Positions 30,067 through 37,886 of a stretch of 64,000 bases of DNA are shown here, piece after piece. Position 1 is the stretch's first letter; every line of letters starts with the position of its first letter. Under the pieces are notes generated by a model. It saw only the letters and a list, made by a program, of their open reading frames with translations. It did no database searches and was not told the origin of the DNA. The translations under genes were made by a program, and so were the position numbers. Source of the DNA: Thermoplasmata archaeon (GTDB taxonomy: Archaea > Thermoplasmatota > Thermoplasmata > Lutacidiplasmatales > UBA184); the NCBI GenBank assembly GCA_035504395.1, contig DATJRX010000042.1, forward strand, positions 593 through 64,592. The letters run 5' to 3'.

Positions 30067-30139
30067 CGAGGTCCGTGGCCGTCGAGCGTAACATCCAATA
30101 CGTCCCGCGACGCCCGAGTTCGGTGGAGTCACCACCGGA

Positions 30140-30664
30140 ATGCCGCTCGATTCGACCCCCGCCGCCGCCATCGAGGCGGGTCATTTCCCGGCGGCGCTCC
30201 GGGCCGCCGGTCCCCTGATTGTCGTGGCCATCGGCCTCTCCGTAAGCTCCCTGGTCGCGCTGGAGTACGGTCCCGGAACGGGACCGTTCCCGCTGTGGGG
30301 GATGCTCGTCACGCTCGCCGGCGTGGCGGCGATCGGTGCGACGGTCTCGGGGTTGAGTGCGCGGCGCACGCCGACCCCAGCGCCTACCACCCCCCCCACG
30401 CGCACCGGAGCCGCGATCCCGGTACCGGGTCGTCCTTCGCCCGAGGCGCAGAGGCCGATCCCCTACCGGCCGGCGGCGGTCTGGGATGAGTCAACGGTCG
30501 TCGCGCGACCGGTCGCGGTCCCGGTCCGACCCTGCGCGATCGCTGTCGATCCCGAGCCGGACGACGTGGAGCGGGCCCTCGACGAGATCGCCGAGATCGA
30601 GGCGGAGCTGGGGATGGTCCCGGATCTCGCTGCCCGGACGTCGGGTGCCCCCGCTCGCAGTTAA
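30140..30664 (+). CDS. hypothetical 2-TM protein, paralog 2
   Basis: 174-aa ORF. TM2 LAGVAAIGATVSGLSA and C-terminal VERALDEIAEIEAEL parallel the upstream gene. Confidence 0.6.
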   Translation: MPLDSTPAAAIEAGHFPAALRAAGPLIVVAIGLSVSSLVALEYGPGTGPFPLWGMLVTLAGVAAIGATVSGLSARRTPTPAPTTPPTRTGAAIPVPGRPSPEAQRPIPYRPAAVWDESTVVARPVAVPVRPCAIAVDPEPDDVERALDEIAEIEAELGMVPDLAARTSGAPARS

Positions 30665-30688
30665 GTCCTCGCCGGCTTCGGACGGTCC

Positions 30689-31258
30689 ATGGAGCTCGTG
30701 CCCCTGGCCTCGGTCGACGCGACCGCGCTCCGATGGCTGCGCACGGCCGACTCCCCGGCGGCGTTCGAACTCGCCTCGGGAGACCGCCCGGTCGGACGCC
30801 TCGCGTGGGAGCGGCCGTCCGGGACGCTCGCGACCTTCGCGACGGCGGACAGCGCGGTCAGCCTGAAGCGCGTGGGTTTCCTTCACCCGATCGTCACCGC
30901 CCGGCGCGCGTCGGACCCGCGCGACCTCGCGCGGGTCTCGGTCCATCTCAACTACCACCGCATCGAGATCGCCGGCGGCCCCTCGTTCCGCCTCCACCGC
31001 GCCGGACTCATGGTACCGGCGTGGAAGGTCTCCACGGAAGGCGGAACCGAACTGCTGCACATCGAGCCGATCCGGGAGGGTCGCAAGCTCGTGGGGGGAG
31101 CCGTGATCGCCTCGCCCGACGGGGCGCGCCGGGGCGAGATCGGACTGCTCGCGGGGCTCGCCTGGTACATGATCGTCCTCGCCTGGTTCGAGGACGAGGC
31201 GCTGGTACCGTTCGAGGGCCCGGACGCTCCAACGTCCTCGCCGGCGCCCGCGCGCTAG
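30689..31258 (+). CDS. hypothetical protein with C-terminal hydrophobic helix
   Basis: 189-aa ORF with a beta-rich-looking sequence followed by IGLLAGLAWYMIVLAWF. No family recognised. Confidence 0.5.
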   Translation: MELVPLASVDATALRWLRTADSPAAFELASGDRPVGRLAWERPSGTLATFATADSAVSLKRVGFLHPIVTARRASDPRDLARVSVHLNYHRIEIAGGPSFRLHRAGLMVPAWKVSTEGGTELLHIEPIREGRKLVGGAVIASPDGARRGEIGLLAGLAWYMIVLAWFEDEALVPFEGPDAPTSSPAPAR

Positions 31259-31407
31259 GTGGGGCGAGGGACCGACTTGGTCTTGGCCGCGGCGAAGCAG
31301 GCCGAGCAGAGGTTGTGCATCCGCTCCCATCCCTCGGCGGGCACCTCGGTGATCCGGGTGATCGGGCGTTGGCAGGCGTCGCAGACGAGTTGGCCGTTCT
31401 GGAGCAT
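31255..31407 (-). CDS. Zn-ribbon microprotein (50 aa, not in ORF track)
   Basis: Hand translation gives MLQNGQLVCDACQRPITRITEVPAEGWERMHNLCSACFAAAKTKSVPRPT*. Two CxxC pairs, GC-rich third positions, 37 nt downstream of the esterase gene on the same strand. Confidence 0.5.
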   Translation of the reverse strand: MLQNGQLVCDACQRPITRITEVPAEGWERMHNLCSACFAAAKTKSVPRPT

Positions 31408-31443
31408 GGGGCGGGAACCGGGGTCGAACAGCGCGCGAGGGTA

Positions 31444-32544
31444 CTAAAGCGCGGGGCCTCCGGGGCCCGGCGCCGGGAAGCCGACCGCGGTGAGCAGCCT
31501 CGGGATCATGACGTCGTAGCGGGGTCCCCGGTCCCCGTGCGCTCCGTCGTACTCCTCGAGCTCCACGCGCGCCCCTGCGCGGCCCGCTGCGGCGGCGAGG
31601 ATGCGCGCGCTGACGTCGAGGCCCCACTCGTCGCGCGCTCCGCCGTCCAGGTACAGGAGGCGGAGCCGGCGGACCGCCTCGGTCCCCTCGGGGGAGGCGA
31701 CCATCCGGACCGGGTCGTGGGCGAGCCAGCGCGCCCAGACGTCCGGACGCAGGGCCCCCGAGTCCAGATCGAACGGCAGGTCGAAACGACCGGGCTCGTC
31801 CTCGATCGGCGAATACGCCGAGGCGTACGCCATCGTCGAGAACGCGCGGGCGATCGGGTTCGACGGCCCGAACCCGTTGATGTACTCGGAGAGGGCGCGA
31901 CGGAGGAACGGTTCCGGCCCCCCGGCCTTCCGGATCTCCCGGAACGCGACCGCGAAGTCGGGGATGTAGCAGTACTCGAAGTAGGCGTCCCCGGCGTTCG
32001 AGGCCACGGCCGCGAACACGTCGGGATGGCGGAGTCCGAGCGAGAGCGCGCCGTACCCCCCGCTCGACGTGCCGAGGACGGCGGTCGGACCGGTTCCGAA
32101 CCGGGCGCGGACCCATGGCACGATCTCCTCGACAACGTAGTCCTCGTAGCGGCCCGTCGCGGTGGAGTTCAGGTACTGGCTCCCGCCGAGGGTCGTGAGG
32201 CAGTCGGGTCCGACCATCACCGCCTCGGCCGCCGCGCCCGTTCGGATCAGTCGGTCGAGCCGGCTCGCGATCGAGTCGTCCAGGAATCGGCCCCGCTGGA
32301 AGTGGTAGGTGCCCGCGCCCGTGTACCCGCTGAGGAGCACGAGCAGCGGTCGACCGTCGGTCTTCCCCGACGGCGGGAGATAGACCGGGAGGTCGCGCTC
32401 GACCGGGTCGCCCCACGGGTTCCCGGCGAGCACCCGGCTGGGCCATCGGTGGTGCTCGATCGTCCCCCGCAGCGGCCGCGGGAACTGCGCGTCCGACCGG
32501 GCCTCGGTCGGCACTTTCCAGGAGACCATCGCCGGGGCCGGCAC
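31444..32544 (-). CDS. putative esterase (esterase D / enterochelin-esterase-like alpha/beta hydrolase)
   Basis: 366-aa ORF. Nucleophile elbow GTSSGGYGA. PLLVLLSGYTG and later His/Asp contexts are typical of the putative-esterase family. Confidence 0.75.
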   Translation of the reverse strand: MPAPAMVSWKVPTEARSDAQFPRPLRGTIEHHRWPSRVLAGNPWGDPVERDLPVYLPPSGKTDGRPLLVLLSGYTGAGTYHFQRGRFLDDSIASRLDRLIRTGAAAEAVMVGPDCLTTLGGSQYLNSTATGRYEDYVVEEIVPWVRARFGTGPTAVLGTSSGGYGALSLGLRHPDVFAAVASNAGDAYFEYCYIPDFAVAFREIRKAGGPEPFLRRALSEYINGFGPSNPIARAFSTMAYASAYSPIEDEPGRFDLPFDLDSGALRPDVWARWLAHDPVRMVASPEGTEAVRRLRLLYLDGGARDEWGLDVSARILAAAAGRAGARVELEEYDGAHGDRGPRYDVMIPRLLTAVGFPAPGPGGPAL

Positions 32545-32661
32545 TCGGGCGGCCTACAAGATACGTCCGGTGGTTCCCGGTCGGTGGCACCCGCGCTCCG
32601 GGAAACGCCAAGAGCCGACGCGAGCTCCGTCCGACCGGCCCTCGGGCCGGACCCGGACTCG

Positions 32662-32991
32662 ATGGAGCGGATCGCTGCCGAGGCATTCGACGGGGAGCGG
32701 CTCCGTCGTCCGGGGACGTGGGCGGTGGCGTTCCTCGCGGACTGGTGCCCGTTCTGCCGCGCCTTCGCCCCGAAGTTCGATACGCTCGCCGGCGGCGGGA
32801 ACTACCAGATCGCGCGGGGCGACGTCACGGACGAGAACAGCCCGCTCTGGGACGCGTTCCACCTCGACGTCGTCCCAACGGTGATCGTGTTCCACGACGG
32901 CGTCGCGTCGTTCCGCAAGAACGGCCAGCTGGGGCGCGGGCTCTCCGACGCCGACCTCGCGACGATCCGCTCCCATCTCCCCGGTCCGTAA
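32662..32991 (+). CDS. thioredoxin-fold protein (WCPFC active site)
   Basis: 109 aa from ATG 32662, the last part of track ORF 30733..32991. Motifs FLADWCPFCRAF and VPTVIVF. Confidence 0.8.
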   Translation: MERIAAEAFDGERLRRPGTWAVAFLADWCPFCRAFAPKFDTLAGGGNYQIARGDVTDENSPLWDAFHLDVVPTVIVFHDGVASFRKNGQLGRGLSDADLATIRSHLPGP

Positions 32992-33051
32992 GGAACCGGG
33001 CGGCCGGCGGCCCGGGCGCACGCCTTTTCTTCCGGCGCCCCTCCTCGCGGC

Positions 33052-33882
33052 GTGGTCGGTACGACGTCGGACGGGGCGCGGGGCGATCGACCGGTCGCGC
33101 TCGTGACCGGCGGCGGCACGGGCCTCGGCCTCGCGATCGCGGCCGGACTGTTCGAGGACGGCTACGACCTCGTGATCGCCAGTCGGTCCCCCGAGCACCT
33201 CGCCGCGGGCGCCGCGACGCTCCGCGCCCGGGGGGCCCGGGTCCTCGAGGTGCCCACCGATGTCCGGGCGGCCGAGCAGGTCGACCGGCTCCTCCTCGCG
33301 GTCGCCGAGGCGTACGGGCGGCTCGACGTCCTCGTCAATAATGCCGCCGGGAACTTCCTCTCGCCCGCCGAGCGGATCTCCCCCAACGGCTGGCGGGCCG
33401 TCGAGGGGATCGTGCTCGACGGCACCTTCCTCTGCTGCCGCGCCTCGCTGCCGTACCTGCGCCGGTCCCCGGCGCCCTCGATCGTCAACATCGTGGCCTC
33501 GTACGCGTGGATGGCGGGGCCCGGCACGGCGCACTCCGCGGCCGCGAAGGCCGGGGTCCTCGCGCTGACCCGCACGCTCGCGGTCGAGTGGGCCCGCCAC
33601 GGGATCCGCGTCAACGCGGTCGCGCCCGGACCGGTCCGGACCGAGGGGACCGACCGGCAGCTCTGGCTCTCCGAAGCGCTGGTCGAGACGATCCGGCGCG
33701 GGATCCCCATGGGACGATTCGGCACGCCCGAGGAGATCGCGGACAGCGTCCGCTTCCTCGTCAGCCGGCGCGCGAGCTACATCACCGGCCAGGTGCTGGC
33801 GGTCGATGGCGGACAGTGGCTCGGAAAGGGGGTCCTCGACTTGCTGGACGCGGCGTTCCCGCCCGACCCGGGTCCGGGGTGA
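33052..33882 (+). CDS. short-chain dehydrogenase/reductase, 2,4-dienoyl-CoA-reductase-like
   Basis: 276-aa ORF. TGGGTGLGLAIA cofactor motif, NNAAGNF, and HSAAAKAG in place of the classic YxxxK, as in DECR-type SDRs. Confidence 0.8.
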   Translation: MVGTTSDGARGDRPVALVTGGGTGLGLAIAAGLFEDGYDLVIASRSPEHLAAGAATLRARGARVLEVPTDVRAAEQVDRLLLAVAEAYGRLDVLVNNAAGNFLSPAERISPNGWRAVEGIVLDGTFLCCRASLPYLRRSPAPSIVNIVASYAWMAGPGTAHSAAAKAGVLALTRTLAVEWARHGIRVNAVAPGPVRTEGTDRQLWLSEALVETIRRGIPMGRFGTPEEIADSVRFLVSRRASYITGQVLAVDGGQWLGKGVLDLLDAAFPPDPGPG

Positions 33883-33900
33883 CCCGGGCCGGCCGCCGGA

Positions 33901-34731
33901 TCAGGTGACCGGCACGTTCCGCTCGAGCAGGAAGTTCACGAGGAGCCCCACGTACTGGTGCGGACGGGCCAGGTGGGGCGCGTGCCCGACGTCGGGCAGC
34001 TCCAGCACCTGGGCGTTCCTCAGTCGCGCCGCCAACGCCTGCGTGACCCGGTGGAGGAACCGGGGGCTGAGCGAGCCCTCGGTCAGCAGCACCGGGATCA
34101 GCAGGTCGTGGAGCCCCGCGGGATCGGGCGCGAGGGCGTCCGGGTCCTCGTACTCCTCGGCCCAGCGATCGGCGTGCCGGACGAACGTCGCTCGCATCGC
34201 GGGCGGCAGGCGGGTCCAGGCCCCGGGCTCCGTGGAGAACGTGTCGACGAGTCGCTCCATCCCCGCCTCGGGCCGCCCCGCGTGGACGAGGGTCCGGATC
34301 GCCTCCACTTCCTCGGACAGCCGGTCGAGCTCGGGCGCCGTCGACGGATCTCCCGCGAGCAGTCCCACGAACGGGGTCTCGTGCATCGCAAGGCTCCGGA
34401 CCATCTCGGGTCGGTCGATCGCCAGCCGGAGGGCGACCGCACCGCCGTACGAATGGGCGACGATGTGGGCCGGGTAGTGATCGAGGGCGACCATCAGAGC
34501 GGCGAGGTCCGCCGCGTCGTCGCGGACCGGCTGGCGTCGGACGCCGAGCGAGCTCTGCCCGTGCCCCCGGCGGTCGTAGGCGACGACCTGGAGCGCCTGG
34601 GAGAGGCCGGGCGTCACGAGGTCCCAGCTATGGTGGTCGACGCACGAGCCGTGCACGAGCACTACCGGGTCGCCCGAGCCTCCGTGGGTCTCGTAGAACA
34701 GATCGACCCCGTTGACCTGGACCGTCGGCAT
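33901..34731 (-). CDS. alpha/beta hydrolase
   Basis: 276 aa from ATG 34731 (GGAGGG 8 nt upstream). VVLVHGS, nucleophile elbow AHSYGG and C-terminal GHAPH. Confidence 0.85.
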   Translation of the reverse strand: MPTVQVNGVDLFYETHGGSGDPVVLVHGSCVDHHSWDLVTPGLSQALQVVAYDRRGHGQSSLGVRRQPVRDDAADLAALMVALDHYPAHIVAHSYGGAVALRLAIDRPEMVRSLAMHETPFVGLLAGDPSTAPELDRLSEEVEAIRTLVHAGRPEAGMERLVDTFSTEPGAWTRLPPAMRATFVRHADRWAEEYEDPDALAPDPAGLHDLLIPVLLTEGSLSPRFLHRVTQALAARLRNAQVLELPDVGHAPHLARPHQYVGLLVNFLLERNVPVT

Positions 34732-34826
34732 CGCCTCGCCCTCCTGCGGCGCCGCCGGAGGGTCCGGGGGCCCGACGTGGACGTCCCGCGACGGACTTAG
34801 CGTCTGGGGAAGCTCGCCGCCGGCGC

Positions 34827-34835
34827 TCTTTATCT
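34827..34835 (+). promoter_or_regulatory. TATA box candidate (leaderless start at 34864)
   Basis: tctttatct AT island centred ~30 nt upstream of GTG 34864. Confidence 0.4.
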
Positions 34836-34863
34836 CGGGCGCCGGCCTCGGCGGCCGACCCTC

Positions 34864-35169
34864 GTGAGCGCGATCTTCCAGCGTCCGCTGTGCGACATGG
34901 GCCGGGCGTACGACTTCGCCTTCCGCCCGTCCGTCGGCGACCCCGACGTCGGGGCCGGCGGCGGGTGCGACGACCGGCCCCACCGGGTCGAGCTCTACGC
35001 GGCTGCGACGGACCCCGCGTCGCCCGCGGCCGTGTGGCAGGCGTTCTCGCTCTGCCCCGAGCACGAGCACCAGCTGCGCCAGTACGACACGCGCCTCGTA
35101 GCCCGAGGCCAGGCGGCCCGGTTCCGGTCGACCGGGGGCCCCGGCAGCGGGGAGCGGGGTCGCGCATGA
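34864..35169 (+). CDS. hypothetical protein (101 aa), coupled to the aldo/keto reductase
   Basis: GC-rich third positions. The stop overlaps the AKR ATG (ATGA). Cys/His scattered (CD..., GC..., CPEHEH). Confidence 0.45.
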   Translation: MSAIFQRPLCDMGRAYDFAFRPSVGDPDVGAGGGCDDRPHRVELYAAATDPASPAAVWQAFSLCPEHEHQLRQYDTRLVARGQAARFRSTGGPGSGERGRA

Positions 35170-36017
35170 CCGGCTTTCCTCTGACCGGCCTCGACGGCCG
35201 GGTCCGGCTCAACCAGGGGACCGAGATCCCCGTCCTCGGGCTCGGAGTGTTCCAGAGCCCGCCCGGCGCGGTGACGCAGCAGGCGGTGCGATGGGCCCTG
35301 GACGCCGGCTACCGGCTGATCGACACGGCTGCGCTCTACGAGAACGAGGCGGACGTCGGCGCGGCGGTCCGGGCGAGCGGCCTCCCGCGGTCGTCGATCT
35401 TCGTCACCACCAAGCTGTGGCACTCGAACCACGGCTACGATCGCGCCCGGGCGGCGTTCGCGGAGAGCGTGGGGAAGCTGGGCCTCGACTACGTCGACCT
35501 CTACCTCATCCACTGGCCCCGGGCGGACTCGCCGGAGGACCGACTGGGGTCGTGGCGCGCCCTCGAGGAGCTCAAGGAGCAGGGAAAATGCCGCGCGGTC
35601 GGGGTGAGCAACTACACCATCCGACACCTCGAGGAGATCCGCACGCATTCGAGCCTGGTGCCGGCCGTCAACCAGGTCGAGTTCCACCCGTTCCTCTACG
35701 ATCCCGAGCTGCTCGACTATTGCCGGGCCCACGGGATCCAGCTCGAGGCCTACAGCCCCCTGACGCGCCACCGCCGTCTCGACGATCCTCGGATCGCCGC
35801 CCTCGCCGCCGAGGTCGGGCGGAGCCCGGCCCAGGTGCTCATCCGCTGGGGCCTCCAGCACGAGGTGGTCGAGATCCCGAAGTCGGTCCACCGGGAACGG
35901 ATCCTCGAGAACGCCCGGGTCTTCGATTTCGCCCTCTCCGCCTCGCAGATGGCGCGGCTGGACGCGCTCGCGGACCATCAGCGGGTCACGCAGTGGGACC
36001 CCGCGCAGATCCCGTAA
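35166..36017 (+). CDS. aldo/keto reductase (2,5-diketo-D-gluconate reductase-like)
   Basis: 283 aa. Motifs GYRLIDTAALYENE, LYLIHWP and VNQVEFHP. Confidence 0.92.
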   Translation: MTGFPLTGLDGRVRLNQGTEIPVLGLGVFQSPPGAVTQQAVRWALDAGYRLIDTAALYENEADVGAAVRASGLPRSSIFVTTKLWHSNHGYDRARAAFAESVGKLGLDYVDLYLIHWPRADSPEDRLGSWRALEELKEQGKCRAVGVSNYTIRHLEEIRTHSSLVPAVNQVEFHPFLYDPELLDYCRAHGIQLEAYSPLTRHRRLDDPRIAALAAEVGRSPAQVLIRWGLQHEVVEIPKSVHRERILENARVFDFALSASQMARLDALADHQRVTQWDPAQIP

Positions 36018-36070
36018 CGCCCCCCGGAGCACGGGCCGCGCCGCCGGCGGGACCGCCGTCCCCACTAGCG

Positions 36071-36078
36071 TTAATAAA
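36071..36078 (+). promoter_or_regulatory. TATA box candidate for the ferredoxin gene
   Basis: ttaataaa AT island ~35 nt upstream of ATG 36110. Confidence 0.5.
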
Positions 36079-36109
36079 CCCCCTTCGCTCCACCGGAGTG
36101 GGTTAGCGC

Positions 36110-36388
36110 ATGGTCACGGTCGAGGTCGCTCACGAGAAGTGCACGGGCTGCAGCCACTGCCGGGACGTGTGCCCGGTCACCGTGTTCGAGATGCAACCGC
36201 GCGAGAACTGGCCGAACGTCGTCGACGACCCCGCGGTCGCCGCGAAGTTCCAGTTCCGCGCCGAGAAGTCCGCCGTCATCCACGGGCCCGACTGCATCAT
36301 GTGCGAGGCGTGCCTGTTCGAGTGCGAGGGCGAGTGCATCACGATCGTGGACGACGAGGGCACCGTCCACAAGTCGACCTACAAGTAG
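36110..36388 (+). CDS. 4Fe-4S dicluster ferredoxin
   Basis: 92-aa ORF. CTGCSHCRDVCP plus CIMCEACLFECEGEC. Confidence 0.85.
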   Translation: MVTVEVAHEKCTGCSHCRDVCPVTVFEMQPRENWPNVVDDPAVAAKFQFRAEKSAVIHGPDCIMCEACLFECEGECITIVDDEGTVHKSTYK

Positions 36389-36413
36389 GTCGTCGCCGCG
36401 GCGGCCCGCCGCG

Positions 36414-37397
36414 TCAGAACGCCGGGTGCCGGGGCCGGTAGAACGCGCTCTTCACGACCGGCGGCGCTCCGCCGGCCGGGAAGGTCACGCGGACGGCGCT
36501 CGACCGCCCGAACGCGGTGAACTCGAGCGAGTACCAGACCGCGACCCAGTCGCCCGCCGCCGAGACGAACGCCTCCCCGAAGTGGTAGGTCGATGCGATC
36601 ACGCGGCTCGCCTTGCGGGCGATCCCGTACGACCAGCTCAGCGCCTCGTCGGCGCTGGTCGGGTTTCCCGCGTGCGGCGGGGCCTCGATCGGCGCCTCGA
36701 CCGCGTTCGGCCCGTCGACGATGCCCCGGCCGAGGCGGTAGCGGGCCCAGGTCGTCCGGACGCGCCCGTCGTGGGCGGTCTCCGAGAGGAGGACCCACGC
36801 GAACGGATCCCCCGTCGGGACGACCGCCGGGTAGTCCCCGAGCGCCCGCGCGACGGCGCCGACGCGCAGGCGGCCCGCGATCCGGATCGCGAAGTATGCC
36901 GCGAAGAATGCCATCAGGAGGTACACCGTGAGGAGGTACCACGCGAACGGGACGTGGTTCCGCTCGACACCGAGGAGCAGGTAGAACGAGAGGACCGAGA
37001 CGATCAGGGTCGCGAAGTTGATCGCCCGGTCGGCGTCGAGGTGGACCTCCCGCTTCGACCACGGGAGGAACGGCGGGACCGAGAAGTTCGTGAACGCGTC
37101 CTGGAGGACATGGCAGAGCCCGCCGACCCACATGACGAGGAAGTAGATCCACGGCGAACCGGGGGCGATCATCGGCGCGACGATCGCGCCCGCGACCGCG
37201 ATGATGGTGATGCCGGTCAGCGAGTGGGTGATCCCGTGGTGGCGCAGGATCGGGAACCGGCGCGCGAGCGGGAAGAACAGCGCGTCCGCGTCGGGGAGCC
37301 CGCCCGCGAGCGCCCCCGCGGCGAGGTACGAGGGCTGGAACCCGACGATCCCGAAGGTGACGAGGTACGCGACGAGGATGTGGGTGAACAGGTCCAC
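36414..37397 (-). CDS. membrane-bound metal-dependent hydrolase, YdjM/DUF457-like, with C-terminal soluble domain
   Basis: 327-aa ORF. N-terminal MDLFTHILVAY...HHGITHSLTG pattern of the YdjM family and several TM helices. Confidence 0.65.
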   Translation of the reverse strand: MDLFTHILVAYLVTFGIVGFQPSYLAAGALAGGLPDADALFFPLARRFPILRHHGITHSLTGITIIAVAGAIVAPMIAPGSPWIYFLVMWVGGLCHVLQDAFTNFSVPPFLPWSKREVHLDADRAINFATLIVSVLSFYLLLGVERNHVPFAWYLLTVYLLMAFFAAYFAIRIAGRLRVGAVARALGDYPAVVPTGDPFAWVLLSETAHDGRVRTTWARYRLGRGIVDGPNAVEAPIEAPPHAGNPTSADEALSWSYGIARKASRVIASTYHFGEAFVSAAGDWVAVWYSLEFTAFGRSSAVRVTFPAGGAPPVVKSAFYRPRHPAF

Positions 37398-37419
37398 GGT
37401 CGCGCGACCCGGGGGACCG

Positions 37420-37686
37420 CTACAGCAGGCCCTCTTCCATGACCTCGACCGACTCGACCTCGGGCACCTTGGCGAGGGCGTGCTCGGTCGACTCGAGGAT
37501 CCCGCCCGCGTCGTCCATGACGACCGAGACGAGCAGCGACTTGAGACCGTAGGCGATGTCCTTGACCTGCATCCCGCGGATCGTCACGCCGGCCGGGACG
37601 CTCGCCGCGACCTGCTTCGCGACGGCGTTCAGGTCGGTCTCGACGCCGTGCGGCATCAGGCGGAACAGGACGGCGACCTTGCCCAT
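37420..37686 (-). CDS. translation elongation factor aEF-1 beta
   Basis: 88-aa ORF MGKVAVLFRLMP...IAYGLKSLLVSVVMDD...VESVEV, the characteristic aEF-1beta length and pattern. Confidence 0.9.
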   Translation of the reverse strand: MGKVAVLFRLMPHGVETDLNAVAKQVAASVPAGVTIRGMQVKDIAYGLKSLLVSVVMDDAGGILESTEHALAKVPEVESVEVMEEGLL

Positions 37687-37696
37687 CGAGCGACCC

Positions 37697-37867
37697 CTAC
37701 GGACCGGTGAAGCCGCAGTTCGGGCAGACGTAGAGCACGCTCTGGTCGCGGCACCGGGCGTCGCGCCCGATCGTCACCTGCCCGCAGCTGGGGCAGGGGA
37801 ACTGGGTCGCCCCCTTCGCCGGCACCGCCCGGCCGCACGAAGTGCAGCGGAGCTCGGCCGAGGGCAT
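37697..37867 (-). CDS. Zn-ribbon protein, DUF1610/HVO_2753-like (56 aa, not in ORF track)
   Basis: Hand translation gives MPSAELRCTSCGRAVPAKGATQFPCPSCGQVTIGRDARCRDQSVLYVCPNCGFTGP*. CxxCG/CPxCG motifs. Sits immediately upstream of aEF-1beta, the conserved neighbourhood as far as I recall. Confidence 0.75.
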   Translation of the reverse strand: MPSAELRCTSCGRAVPAKGATQFPCPSCGQVTIGRDARCRDQSVLYVCPNCGFTGP

Positions 37868-37886
37868 CGGAGAGGGCGTCGCGGTC

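Noticed and set aside
29960-30610. C-terminal RALDEI helices of the tandem paralogues as MIT-interacting (ESCRT-type MIM) motifs
   Set aside because: The match to the MIM consensus is weak (no conserved Arg/Lys positions), and no Vps4/CdvC or ESCRT-III gene is in the window. This is kept only as an unassigned conserved motif.
30491-32991. 731-aa minus ORF 30491..32686 and 752-aa plus ORF 30733..32991
   Set aside because: These are shadow frames over the hypothetical gene, the esterase and intergenic DNA. Only the last 110 codons of the plus ORF (thioredoxin-fold protein from ATG 32662) are credible.
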